From positions 2,208,747-2,272,746 of the forward strand of contig SMSO01000037.1 in assembly GCA_004764695.1 (NCBI GenBank): a DNA stretch of 64,000 bases. The letters are read 5' to 3'. The position numbers and the translations under genes were made by a program. This stretch comes from Schizochytrium sp. TIO01. Lineage: Eukaryota; Protista; Bigyra: Labyrinthulomycetes. Shown here one piece after another: positions 29,052-39,539 of this stretch. Within the stretch, counting starts at the first letter, position 1. Every line of letters starts with the position of its first letter. The notes beneath the pieces are model-generated. The model did no database searches. It had not been told where the DNA came from and worked only from the letters and a program-made list of their open reading frames with translations.

Positions 29052-32027
29052 ATGGCGGAGGCGCTCGCGCTCAAGAGCGACTTGGGGCGATGGGATGAAG
29101 GTTTTGGGCGCGTAGAAGGATCCACACTGAGCTGGTATGTAAATGCAGACGACAGCACACCGCGAGCACAAATTGAGCTGGGCAAGAAAACAACAGTGCA
29201 GAAAGTACAGTTTGGGCTTCGCAAAAATGTCTTTGAACTGGACCTCGGCAAGAACGGCAAGCAATTCCAATTTTCAGCAAACTCTGATGCCGCTCGGACT
29301 GCGTGGGTCGAGAGGATTTGCAAAGCAGCAGGCATCTCACCCAATGGCAGTTCTGACAAAGAAAATGGGCCTCGTCGAGCCGCCGTGCCAGGTCGGGTGA
29401 CTGGCCTTCAGAATCTTTTGCAAGGATTACCCGGTGGCGCAAGTTTGGGTGGAGGCATGCTTACAGAGGCACAAGCCCGTGAGCGCCTGCAGCAAAAGCT
29501 TATGGGCAAGGTCTCGATGCATGAAGTGAGTGATGGAACCTGTATGGTCTGCGAAAAACGCATGGACACAGCAGATCAGGTACCTCTTAAAGACGGCCTT
29601 AGTGTTCATCACGACTGTTTGTATTGCTCAAAGTGCGCTTGTATGGTGACACCAGAGAATTGCGTGATTGACACGACGGCTAAAATATTATACTGTCATG
29701 AACACGATCCAGCATTAGTTTCCTCACCTTCAGGTGCTCGCCAGGGTATTTCCCATAATGCAGTTCTATCCCGCCCGCGCGTGCAGGGCCGGCGACGGCG
29801 GCCTACAAAGCGTCCTGTCAGCACAGCATTGCAGTCGGATGGTATTCTTGGAGGAGGTTTGCAGGGTCTTCACCAAGAGCATGATGGGCAAAATAGCCAG
29901 CATGAGGAGTTTGAACAGAAGACTGACAGACAACAAGATAATGTTTCCTCTCAAGAAGACGATCAAAGTGAAACTCCACCTGATGCACAGCATAGGCGAG
30001 GTGAAACTGGTTCTGCCTTTAGCGAGGGTGATTTTAGTCAGTATCACGATATGGAAGATGTCGGTTCGCACGACCCAGTAGCAATTGACAATTTTCTAGA
30101 TGTAGAATCCCAAACACCAGAGGTTGTACAACCTACGGAAAACCATCCCAATGCTTTCCAAATCCTCCTCAGCAGTAGCAGTGGCAAAAAGTACAAGAAG
30201 AAAAAGGAAAAGTACCAGTCTGTTGTAATTGTGTGCTGTGAAAAAGCTGCTGATAAAAAGCAATGGACAAAAGCAATTGCTAATGCTTTAGAGCTAGCAC
30301 GACTAAAGGAAGGTCTTGTAGATGCACAAAGGGTGGACATGTATGCAGCTATTCAAGCACAGATGGACATTGAGGCCTTTGAAGATACACACCAAATCGA
30401 GTTCGAAAGCATTGCATACATTTGCATGAAAAAGAAGGCTACTCAGACCGCCAAGAAATGGGTACGCGGCCTTGTCAAGCTAACGATGGATAAAGGATTT
30501 ATTGCCTATTCAGGACTTGCTTCATCTGCAAAGCCCCTTGTGCAAGTCGAAAATACAATAGGCAATGAGTTTGTTGATGCGTTCACAGGAGCACCAATTC
30601 TCTTTATAAAAACGCCCGTTCCATCTATTCCAGTAAGCTCGGCTTCGGTAGGCAAGGTTAACCTACAAGAAAGGCCCTCCTCACCGGTGTCTGCATTTGG
30701 CAATAATGATGATGCGTGCCTTGGAGACGATCATGATGTTGCATTGCCGCCTCCCCTGCCAATTACTACCGGAGTTTCTACGCACAGTTTTGGCGAAACA
30801 AGGTCAGCATCTTCGTCAATGTCATCCGAGCCAAGCGAGCAACGAATGAGCCGTGACCGTACATTGAGCGAGGAAGGCAAAAGTGATGGAGACGACTTGT
30901 ATGAATATGTTTCACATGATGCTGGTGAAACTGGAGCGCGTGCAAAGTGGAGTAGCTCTTCCAGGGTTCCGCCTCCTTTGTCACCTGTTGATGCAGAGGT
31001 GTATTCCTTACGAGAGGCGATGAGATCTTCAGAAGCTCAACAACATTCACCTACCATGGCGTCTGGAAAACTGAGCAGCACCAAGTACTCTAGCAACAAA
31101 AGCAAACCAGAAGGTCGCAAAGCGAAGAAGGGTTTAGGCGCTTCTTTCAAGCGGGTTATCACAGCCTCATTTCACCGAAAGCGACGTTCCGAATCTGGGT
31201 CTTCAACCAAATCAAAAGATAATGAAAATGTCATCGAAGAAAAGGATTGTGCTACCGTTAAAGAAGATGTTGCCAAGGAGGAAGAGGGTGATGGAGAAAA
31301 TTTCAGCCAAGGAGAGAGCCATTTCGATGAAAAAAAAACAAACTCGGATTCTTCTTCACGCGGCAGTAGAGAACTTCGAAGTCATGGGGTTCCTCCAAAG
31401 CCTCTTGTGCAAGCAGAGTCGGTACAGAGACAGCAACTTGATTACCTGAATTATTATGACATAGACGATGAAGAGTGTGACAGTGATGCTGGCACGCTCA
31501 AGGATTCTTCAACTAAGAAAACCCTTTCCGCCCCCCCGTCTGGGGTTACATATCACCGACAACCGTCTGCGTCGGATTATGGTGATTTTGTCGGCACCGA
31601 GCCAAAGAATGCAAGGTCATTCGAGTATATTAATTATGCTGCAGAACGTAAACCTGTTGCACCACTTTCTAGCTCAGACGTGCAAGTACACGATGCGACT
31701 TCTCAAGGAGATAGCAACACAATTACGCAAGAGCCAAAGGATACTTCCGCCCATACTTCGCCATTAGTCACGACATCTTCATCTCCTCTTGCTTCTATTC
31801 CCAATACCGAGACATCTGGTCCAAAGCAGCAGAATGACATTACGGTTCAGGAGGGATGGCCTCGTCGACCTTCATCCTCAAGAGGAAAAGCCTTAGGGCG
31901 TCAGCAAACTGACATTGACAATGCCGACGACCAAGATAGCACTGGAGGAAGCGAAGGCGAGCGTACAACTGGCTCTAACTCAAGCCGGTATTGCGAGCAG
32001 GCGGCCAATAGCTGTTGTATTTTGTAG
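29052..32027 (+). CDS. PH + LIM domain protein with CPI-like motif and C-terminal CAAX box
   Basis: N-terminal PH (LSWY...FQFSANSDAARTAWVERI), LIM (CMVC...HHDCLYCSKC...LYCHEHD), ISHNAVLSRPRVQGRRRRPT, a second partial PH (ADKKQWTKAIANA), and terminal CCIL*. Confidence 0.85.
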   Translation: MAEALALKSDLGRWDEGFGRVEGSTLSWYVNADDSTPRAQIELGKKTTVQKVQFGLRKNVFELDLGKNGKQFQFSANSDAARTAWVERICKAAGISPNGSSDKENGPRRAAVPGRVTGLQNLLQGLPGGASLGGGMLTEAQARERLQQKLMGKVSMHEVSDGTCMVCEKRMDTADQVPLKDGLSVHHDCLYCSKCACMVTPENCVIDTTAKILYCHEHDPALVSSPSGARQGISHNAVLSRPRVQGRRRRPTKRPVSTALQSDGILGGGLQGLHQEHDGQNSQHEEFEQKTDRQQDNVSSQEDDQSETPPDAQHRRGETGSAFSEGDFSQYHDMEDVGSHDPVAIDNFLDVESQTPEVVQPTENHPNAFQILLSSSSGKKYKKKKEKYQSVVIVCCEKAADKKQWTKAIANALELARLKEGLVDAQRVDMYAAIQAQMDIEAFEDTHQIEFESIAYICMKKKATQTAKKWVRGLVKLTMDKGFIAYSGLASSAKPLVQVENTIGNEFVDAFTGAPILFIKTPVPSIPVSSASVGKVNLQERPSSPVSAFGNNDDACLGDDHDVALPPPLPITTGVSTHSFGETRSASSSMSSEPSEQRMSRDRTLSEEGKSDGDDLYEYVSHDAGETGARAKWSSSSRVPPPLSPVDAEVYSLREAMRSSEAQQHSPTMASGKLSSTKYSSNKSKPEGRKAKKGLGASFKRVITASFHRKRRSESGSSTKSKDNENVIEEKDCATVKEDVAKEEEGDGENFSQGESHFDEKKTNSDSSSRGSRELRSHGVPPKPLVQAESVQRQQLDYLNYYDIDDEECDSDAGTLKDSSTKKTLSAPPSGVTYHRQPSASDYGDFVGTEPKNARSFEYINYAAERKPVAPLSSSDVQVHDATSQGDSNTITQEPKDTSAHTSPLVTTSSSPLASIPNTETSGPKQQNDITVQEGWPRRPSSSRGKALGRQQTDIDNADDQDSTGGSEGERTTGSNSSRYCEQAANSCCIL

Positions 32028-32697
32028 AAGATCATATTTTCTCTCGACATGCACACCGTACAGAACAAAAGAGTTCAGCATGTAGATACTTGTCCACACT
32101 GATTTCTCTCTTCCACAACGATTTTAGGATTGATTTCTTAGTTCCAAATGTTTTCTTCAAGTATAGTAGAGGTATGCATGTTCACTAAAGTTAATATTCC
32201 TATATCATTACACCTCCTTCTTCATGTGAGTGGGCTCATTCCATGAACCAACATCTACAATTAATTTTTCCCCACATCCTTTATAGCCTAAACTTTGAAA
32301 GCAGGAAGTATGCACTGATGGACTTCAAAACAACACTTCGAGCACAAGGTGATTTCCAGCACCAGCGGCTGTTTGATATTTGATCGAGGTACAAAGATTT
32401 GGCTCGAAAAGAAGCTAGCCTCTTCCACAAAATGTATCTTTTCTTACATTCATTCATAATGGACTTACCATTCGGGGTTAGTGCAAGGTTTGCCCGCACA
32501 CAAAGACCTATGCAACGCGATTTCAAGGAAAGTTTTTGGGCAACAAAATATATGCAAAGGTCAAGCATGACCTGATTTGAAAGAAAATTAAAGAAAAAAA
32601 AAACTCGGTTGATATAGAGCAAAATCCGAAAGACCTGGCTAAGTATCTGCAAAACTTTATCGACCTTTTGCGTTGCGTGGAAAACGTTGCAAAGGCC

Positions 32698-34362
32698 ATG
32701 GCAGGTAGGCTGAATGAAGAAGACGCCAGACGTTTACTCGAGGAAGATGGCCAAGGTCCCACGCAGCACACTCAGGTAGAGCTGAGTCCTAGACATGATG
32801 AAAGTGAGGAGTGCCCCGGCAGTTCTTTGACGTCGTGTGCTTCTTCGTGTTCGTCTCGAAGCCCGGAAATTAACGATGGGGCTGGGGGAGACTTACGCGC
32901 AGTCTATGAAGATCTCGAGGACGAAGGGGCCATTCACAATCTCGTCTCTAGAATCGGTACCTCAAGGAGGCACTGGGTCTGCGTTGGAATTTTGGGTCTT
33001 GCAAATGCTGCGGATGCCGTGGAGGTTCTTGCGATAGGTTACATTGTTACTGTATTTAAGGACCCTGTTAGTGGGAAACCCATCGACGAACTCGCCATTT
33101 GGAGTGCTCTGCTCACCTCCGCTGTTTTTGTTGGCATGTTGCTAGGTGGTTTAGCGAGTGGCTCTCTTGGAGACCGTTTTGGGCGACAACCACTCTTATC
33201 GCTTTCGTTAGGTGTGAATGCTTCAGCTGCTTTAACATCTGCAATGACACCTTTGCTTCCAGCAACTATGCAAGTTCCTTGGCTGGTGTTCTTCAGATTC
33301 ATTGGGGGGCTCGGAGTTGGTGGTTCTGTACCTAGTGCATTTGCCCTGGCTTCAGAGCTCGGTCCTGATGCAACGCGCTCACTTTTTATCAATGCGGTGG
33401 CTGCGTTTTGGTCAGTGGGTGTGTTATATACTAGCCTTTGTGCTTACATACTGCTGCATGGAGACAATGGGGCTTCTAATTGGCCTTGGTTTGCCGCACT
33501 AGTATCAGTGCCTGGACTCTTAGCTGCTGTTTTATGTTTTTCTATACTTGAGGAATCACCTATATTTTTATGGGAAAGTGGCAATTTTGACAAGCTGAAA
33601 AGCTCTCTTTTTCGGTTTGTAGACTCCCGTAGAAACCTTCATGATGATGAGCTCGTTCGCTTGCGCCGCGAAGTGGAACAAGCTATTTCTAAGAAAAGAT
33701 CTGAGAACCTTGACCATGGTCGAGAAAGCAGTGTCATGGGCAATGCCGTGTGGTATAATATGGGAAAGCTCTTTGCCTACCGATCAATTCGCCGGAAAAC
33801 AATTCTTGTTGCAAGTATTTACTTTTTTCTCAGCTTTGCTCATTATGGCATTTCCTCGTGGATTTCGGATCTCTTTAGCAAAGTTCACTTTTCTGACCCG
33901 TATATAACTTCTGTGTTTTACACCTTAGCGACTGTTCCCGGCCTTGTCATGGCAACAATTTTAGTTGATCGTCTTGGTCGCCGTACAACAACTGCAGGTT
34001 CCATGGTTTTAGCGTTTTTGTCTGCACTAATGTTCGCTCTGAATACCACAAATCGTTCGTATGTCCAAATCTTCGCTGCTTTTTTTAACTGTTTTGCTGC
34101 TTGTACTTGGAACGCTTTTGATGTTTTCTCTGCAGAGACGTTTCCTAGCCATTTACGAGGAACAGGTCTGGGTTTTGGCTCTGCATGTGGTCGGGTGGGA
34201 AGTATCTTTGCAAACATCTTTAATGGGATCGTATTAGCTTCAGGGAGTAAGGGCGATGCCGATGACGCGATGCATGTGGCAATCGTTCTTACTTCGGCTG
34301 CCTTATCTATGTTATGTGGTGCGATCGCTGCCCGCATGTTACCTGAAACCTTTGCACTCTAA
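32698..34362 (+). CDS. MFS transporter, SV2/SVOP-like (sugar porter superfamily)
   Basis: About 12 TM; GLANAADAVEV, GSLGDRFGRQ, FRFIGGLGVGG, EESP, VDRLGRR, AETFPSHLRGTGLG, LPET. ATG at 32698 (the track starts at TTG 32668). Confidence 0.92.
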   Translation: MAGRLNEEDARRLLEEDGQGPTQHTQVELSPRHDESEECPGSSLTSCASSCSSRSPEINDGAGGDLRAVYEDLEDEGAIHNLVSRIGTSRRHWVCVGILGLANAADAVEVLAIGYIVTVFKDPVSGKPIDELAIWSALLTSAVFVGMLLGGLASGSLGDRFGRQPLLSLSLGVNASAALTSAMTPLLPATMQVPWLVFFRFIGGLGVGGSVPSAFALASELGPDATRSLFINAVAAFWSVGVLYTSLCAYILLHGDNGASNWPWFAALVSVPGLLAAVLCFSILEESPIFLWESGNFDKLKSSLFRFVDSRRNLHDDELVRLRREVEQAISKKRSENLDHGRESSVMGNAVWYNMGKLFAYRSIRRKTILVASIYFFLSFAHYGISSWISDLFSKVHFSDPYITSVFYTLATVPGLVMATILVDRLGRRTTTAGSMVLAFLSALMFALNTTNRSYVQIFAAFFNCFAACTWNAFDVFSAETFPSHLRGTGLGFGSACGRVGSIFANIFNGIVLASGSKGDADDAMHVAIVLTSAALSMLCGAIAARMLPETFAL

Positions 34363-34784
34363 CCATTTTAAATTTTTTTTTTTTTTCCAAAACAAATTCA
34401 GAATAACAAACACAACCTCTGGCACAGCCTGCGCGGCAGAAATGGTACTTCTTCGGAGCTACTTTAGAACCGAATCACTATCTCTTTACATTCTTCTCGC
34501 CTTTAAAATTGCTACCTCTTGAAGATTAGATTCTTTGATCTTCTGTGCGATATATACACGAAGTATGAGCTTGTTTTATTGTTTTGGTTATTTTTACAAT
34601 CGATGTGCGCCTATTCCACTGTTTGCAGAATAGCATAGCGACTAAGAATAGAGAAAAACCTTGCAAAATCAATCAGATATTAAGTTCGACTTTCTATTTT
34701 TTTAAAAATAACATGAGTCATGGGTCTACTTGAGTGGAAGAGTAGATTGCAAAAGAGTACATGCATGGCAGTCCGACGCTAGCT

Positions 34785-36761
34785 TTACTTGGCACGGACT
34801 GCAGCAGGAATAGTTGAGACAGTGAAAGTTGCAGTTCGCGCAAGACGATCCTTTTCCATTTGTAAAACAGCTGACCACCCTTCCTTCGTTAGTGCATTAC
34901 GGCCATGTGATTTCTCCCATAGCTTTGCAAGTGTGAGCCACAGGTCAAGTGTTTCGGCTTGAACCCGTTTACCGTCACGCTGGCGTGCCTCGACGTAGGA
35001 CTTTTCAATTTCCGTAGCTAGGTCAGCATCAACATCAAAGGAAGCCTGGGCCCCTGCAACACATTGACGAACGTGTGCTACGTATGCACGCAGATCTTCG
35101 GAGGTGATAGAGGTTTCTTGCGTCTTTGACTGATGAGGTGCAGATCGAAGAGGAAGAACGCAGTCAGCACCTTGTACGAGCGCCGACTGGTTTGGCGTGA
35201 CAATGAGAACTGGTGTATCCACGTTCCACTCACAAGAAAAGTATTGGAAATCTACATGAAGTTTTTGTTCCTGTGTGAGAAGCTGAAGCGCTTGCATGTT
35301 ACGGACACCTTGATCGTTGAGCATGCCTGCTTCAAGAGCCGTTTCGTTAAGAATGAGGGGAGTGCCTTCACAGAGTTGTAGCTGTCCGTTGCTCAAACGA
35401 TTTGTGGTGTAATCTTTCTTCGGAAACAAAGTAGTTTTGCATAAATCTTCCACATTAAGCCTGAGGTGATGAGTGCGGGGCAAAACATCATGAAGGATTT
35501 TGGATAAATTATTCGCGACATCACTGTTCTCTGGAACCTGAGCGACAGAGAGGACTAGTTTACCAATAGCCTTGGCAGCTGATGGGTCAGCGCACGACAT
35601 GTTAGAAGACATCATCCACAACAAGGCGTATTCTGCCACAAGAGCATCGCCCTGAAATGCTTCGGTCAATCGATCACGCAGGACACCTCGAGTTTGTAAA
35701 AGTTTTGCTTGAAGTTCCTCGTCAGTAGGCGCAGTCATCATTGAGGGAGCGTGAAGAAGACAGGCGCCTGTTTTCATGGCAAGACAGTGGATGCGGGGGA
35801 CCAAACTGCTAGGGGGGCGGCGAGCAGCGATCTCGAGGCGCATAAAGTCTTCAGCTACCTCCTGCACGGATACGGAGGTATCAGGGCAGTGGGAAAGGAC
35901 GCCGATAACTTCGACCATTTGGTTTATTTTGATTCCTTCCATCGACTCATCGTAGAGCTTTATGATACAAGGCATCTCATCAGGGTCCTGAGAGGATGAG
36001 GCCAAAAGTTGCATGGCAATGTTTGTTGAGGCTTCGTTTTCTTTAGAAGTACCATCATTTTCTGTGTCCATTTCCTCACCATCGTTGGCGACGTGAGCAC
36101 GTTTTACACTGGTTAAATCTGCAGTGGCTGATGCATTACCATTTTGATCGGCGTTGTCCATTTCACTGTCATTATCGTCGTCGAGTGCAGGTGGGCCATC
36201 CAAGGCAACACGTTTGCGTTGAGTCCGTGCAATTGGTGCGTCAATAATAGGAGTTTCAGGCCCCGTGGCAAGTCTTGCTTTGCGAGCCCATGCGGTTTCA
36301 CCAGGTACCGGTATGCAAAATACAGGAAGGCGCTCAGATAAACCGTTTACGTCCACATCGTCACGAGCAGGCAAATTAGGGTCAAACTCTCGAAACTTGA
36401 GCGTACGAAGGTTAGATTTCTCACCATCTTCATTTCCTGAACAAGGTCCGTCTGCGACACAATCGTAATATTCAGGGTCAAACGTATCTTGAACCATGGC
36501 CTTGTAGCGTACAAGCATTCCATAGCGGAGTTTACCTGAACGAAGGCTGGAGCGTGTGAGCCATGGGATTTGAGCAAGTGTGTCTTGATGAAAAAGCTTG
36601 TCTACATTTAAGACATCCTTTACACCCCACGAGTCCTTGCACGCTTCTTTGAGAAGTTTGGTTTTCACGTCGCTGGAGCCTGCGTGAACTTTAGCTCGTG
36701 CCGCAAAAAGCTCGTCTACCACCGCGAGTGGGTCAGCCACAAGTTTCTCCAGATCTTGCAT
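34785..36761 (-). CDS. MCMBP: Mini-chromosome maintenance complex-binding protein
   Basis: LVRYKAMVQDTFDPEYY, ERLPVFCIPVPGETAW, CIIKLYD, PPSSLVPRIHC, GDALVAEYALL, PKKDYTTNRLSNGQLQL, ETALEAGMLNDQGVRN, DFQYF. Confidence 0.95.
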   Translation of the reverse strand: MQDLEKLVADPLAVVDELFAARAKVHAGSSDVKTKLLKEACKDSWGVKDVLNVDKLFHQDTLAQIPWLTRSSLRSGKLRYGMLVRYKAMVQDTFDPEYYDCVADGPCSGNEDGEKSNLRTLKFREFDPNLPARDDVDVNGLSERLPVFCIPVPGETAWARKARLATGPETPIIDAPIARTQRKRVALDGPPALDDDNDSEMDNADQNGNASATADLTSVKRAHVANDGEEMDTENDGTSKENEASTNIAMQLLASSSQDPDEMPCIIKLYDESMEGIKINQMVEVIGVLSHCPDTSVSVQEVAEDFMRLEIAARRPPSSLVPRIHCLAMKTGACLLHAPSMMTAPTDEELQAKLLQTRGVLRDRLTEAFQGDALVAEYALLWMMSSNMSCADPSAAKAIGKLVLSVAQVPENSDVANNLSKILHDVLPRTHHLRLNVEDLCKTTLFPKKDYTTNRLSNGQLQLCEGTPLILNETALEAGMLNDQGVRNMQALQLLTQEQKLHVDFQYFSCEWNVDTPVLIVTPNQSALVQGADCVLPLRSAPHQSKTQETSITSEDLRAYVAHVRQCVAGAQASFDVDADLATEIEKSYVEARQRDGKRVQAETLDLWLTLAKLWEKSHGRNALTKEGWSAVLQMEKDRLARTATFTVSTIPAAVRAK

Positions 36762-37754
36762 TTTAGGAAGGCGAGTTGAACGTTCACAACTAGTAGCGAC
36801 ACTGCTTTTGCCGTTACGTGTGTCTTTACGAAATGTTCGTCGGACAGCGTCTCCTAGAAACTATTCCCAACGACTTCAAGTTCTGCTTCCAGTGTCGTTG
36901 CTTTCTGGCGTCTGTATTTTGGAGCTCATAGACATCATTGCTAAAAGCCTAACGACCGCTGGGAACACAGGGAGCAAGTCGTTCTCTTCATGTTATAAAC
37001 AGATCCCCAATTTGGTACGTTGAGTGCTTCTTATTATATAATACCAAAAAATGTCCCTATCGAGCTTTGCAAGTTTCATTCTCTCTCACTCTTATAGAAA
37101 GTGGCCAAACCAAGCCCCTCACTGACTGCTAATTTGTTTTGTAGCTCGATCAGTTCAAGCTGGCCATCCTTCCTCAGCGTGTCGTTTTTTTGGCACAGCA
37201 GGTAGTCTTCGCTCTGCAAAAGATCCTGACTGAGTCCACTTTTCTACCACTGTAATTCCGGGTCATGAACTCAGTTCCTGATAGCTAAGACTACCAAGGA
37301 ATGACTCTTTGAACATGAGTAGTAGGTAGGCCTGCCTAGAAAGTACCTAGTCATTTTAGAAAGAAGTAGAAGAAGAAGAAAAAGCTGCACGTGCCTAAGT
37401 TTATAGGAACAAACTGAATAATCCACTTCGGAGCCGCTATACTCTACTTTATCATGGCTCAATAACTTACTTGTATGTGTATTTACTCTACTTGCGAAGG
37501 CTTGACCGCCTGTCGGTGTTTTCTCGTAACAAACAAATGAACAAGCACAACATGTTAGTTGTCGGAATTTGCTCTTTGAGGGTGTCCAATCTCGTAACCC
37601 GAACATCCTCTCCGACGCGTCCGTTTTTCTTGCGCAGGTCTTCAATACTGTGCACAACGAGTGGCTGGTGGCGTGCCTCAAGCTCCGTGGTCAGTTTGCG
37701 TTGGTGGTAGAGTTGATTCGGACGAGTTGGCATTAGGCACCTACCTGGGCAGGC

Positions 37755-38483
37755 ATGGCTCGCCGTGCCCTAGGTGCAGAGCGAGTGAATGAGATCGTTG
37801 CGCTAGCTGGGAACGATGAGTGCGTAGACTGCGGTTCAAAGAACCCACTATGGGCTTCAGTGACCTTTGGATCACTCTTATGCTTGGAATGTGCTGGGAA
37901 GCACAGGGGTCTTGGGGTGAGCTTGTCTTTTGTGAGGTCTTTGGACCTGGACGAGTGGAAGGACTCTGAGGTGGAAAGCATGATGATATCGAGCAATGAA
38001 TTTGTGAATAACTTTTTCGAGACACACGATGGACCTCATGAAGGATCAGAGCGGTACTTACTGCCCGTGGCGGCTAAGCTACGTAAGGTCTTAGAACAAA
38101 GGCGAGCTGGGGACATTACTGCGATGGAGGCTGAAGACCTCACCGAGGACGAGATGGCAATAGTGCTAGAGCATCAGCGTAGCTTTGCATTGCAGCATTT
38201 CGAAAGTAAAGAAAGCAATGGGTCTATGGAGCAGGTTGAGAGGCCCTGGGTCCCAGATGAACTTGCGCCGATCTGCATGATCTGTGGCCGCAAGTTTAAT
38301 GTAATGTTCAGAAAACATCATTGCCGTAAGTGTGGCCGTGTAGTATGCTTGAGCTGCGCGCCAAAGAACAACACAAAGCCCATACCCCAACTAGGTTACA
38401 TGGAACCAGTGCGGCATTGTAGAGCATGTTTTGAAAGTGCAGCTATTGATTGGCCAACTACTGCGCCGGGTCCTCCGGAATAG
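37755..38483 (+). CDS. ArfGAP + FYVE zinc-finger protein
   Basis: Arf[49 protein letters not shown]; FYVE WVPD...CMIC...[17 protein letters not shown]...VRHCRAC. Confidence 0.95.
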   Translation: MARRALGAERVNEIVALAGNDECVDCGSKNPLWASVTFGSLLCLECAGKHRGLGVSLSFVRSLDLDEWKDSEVESMMISSNEFVNNFFETHDGPHEGSERYLLPVAAKLRKVLEQRRAGDITAMEAEDLTEDEMAIVLEHQRSFALQHFESKESNGSMEQVERPWVPDELAPICMICGRKFNVMFRKHHCRKCGRVVCLSCAPKNNTKPIPQLGYMEPVRHCRACFESAAIDWPTTAPGPPE

Positions 38484-39539
38484 AAATGAAAGGGAACAGT
38501 ACATCGCCATATAAAATTCTCTTTCATCCATGAAGAATGCTCGTTGATGCTTTGTTTAAAGTTGGTCAAAGTGCAAGAAAAAATGTGAAGGGTAGAACTA
38601 GTTTGCCAATCATATTTATTTTGCTTTTGTTTGAAATGACCACTTCTGATGTTTCTTGGCTGTGTAGTAATATAATAGTATTGCATATTTTGTTTAGGCC
38701 ATTCACAACACCGACGGTTATCCTTAATAGATTGAATTTAGAATAGAAAATAAAAAAACAAAAGTATTTTACAAACTTCTATTAAGATTAATTCCTAGTT
38801 TGCAAGTTGACGCAAACTCCTCCAAGGTAGATTTACATTTTGAGGGAACCAAGACAACAGAATCAATTTAATGAATAAAAGACATGGTAATCCAAGCTTA
38901 TTGGTGATCGTGTTTGCAATTCACTTCATTAGACAAGTACTGATTACAAATCAAAGTGGGTTCGAGGTTCATACGCAAGTGATAAAAGTCGAACAGCGAG
39001 AGGGCAAAACGAAAAAAAAAAAAGCAAAAAAAAAAGCAAAATGAAGGTATGGCCTAGTTTACTTGTCATCAAAATGCCAAAGGAAATATAACTGTAGAAT
39101 ACGTGCAGGCCCCACAAACGAGGAAGAAGTACTCACATTTGAATACTGCGTGTGCATGTTTTGTATATATATAAAGAAAGGAGTGGTTGTTTGCAAACGC
39201 AGGCGCAAATGAGAAATAGCTGTGGTGCGCACAGAATACAGTCCTTGGCAGTGTCCGAAGGCTTCGGACAATCAGGGTCATTGTCGATCATTATCATCGT
39301 CATCATTACAGTCTATTTGTGTAAGAGATATTTCTGTAACGGCACGGCAAAGAAGAGGCTAGGATGTGAAGAGGAAAACAATAACTCAAAATCGGAAGTG
39401 AGCGAAAAACTCCTTCGCATCAGGTAGAAACAATCCATGAAGACGAACGCGCATGTATCAAGAGACTGTTGCTACACGCTTTCAACACCTATAAAACAAC
39501 AAAAAAGTCCCAAGAACTTTCATCGTGTTACTTTCGACT

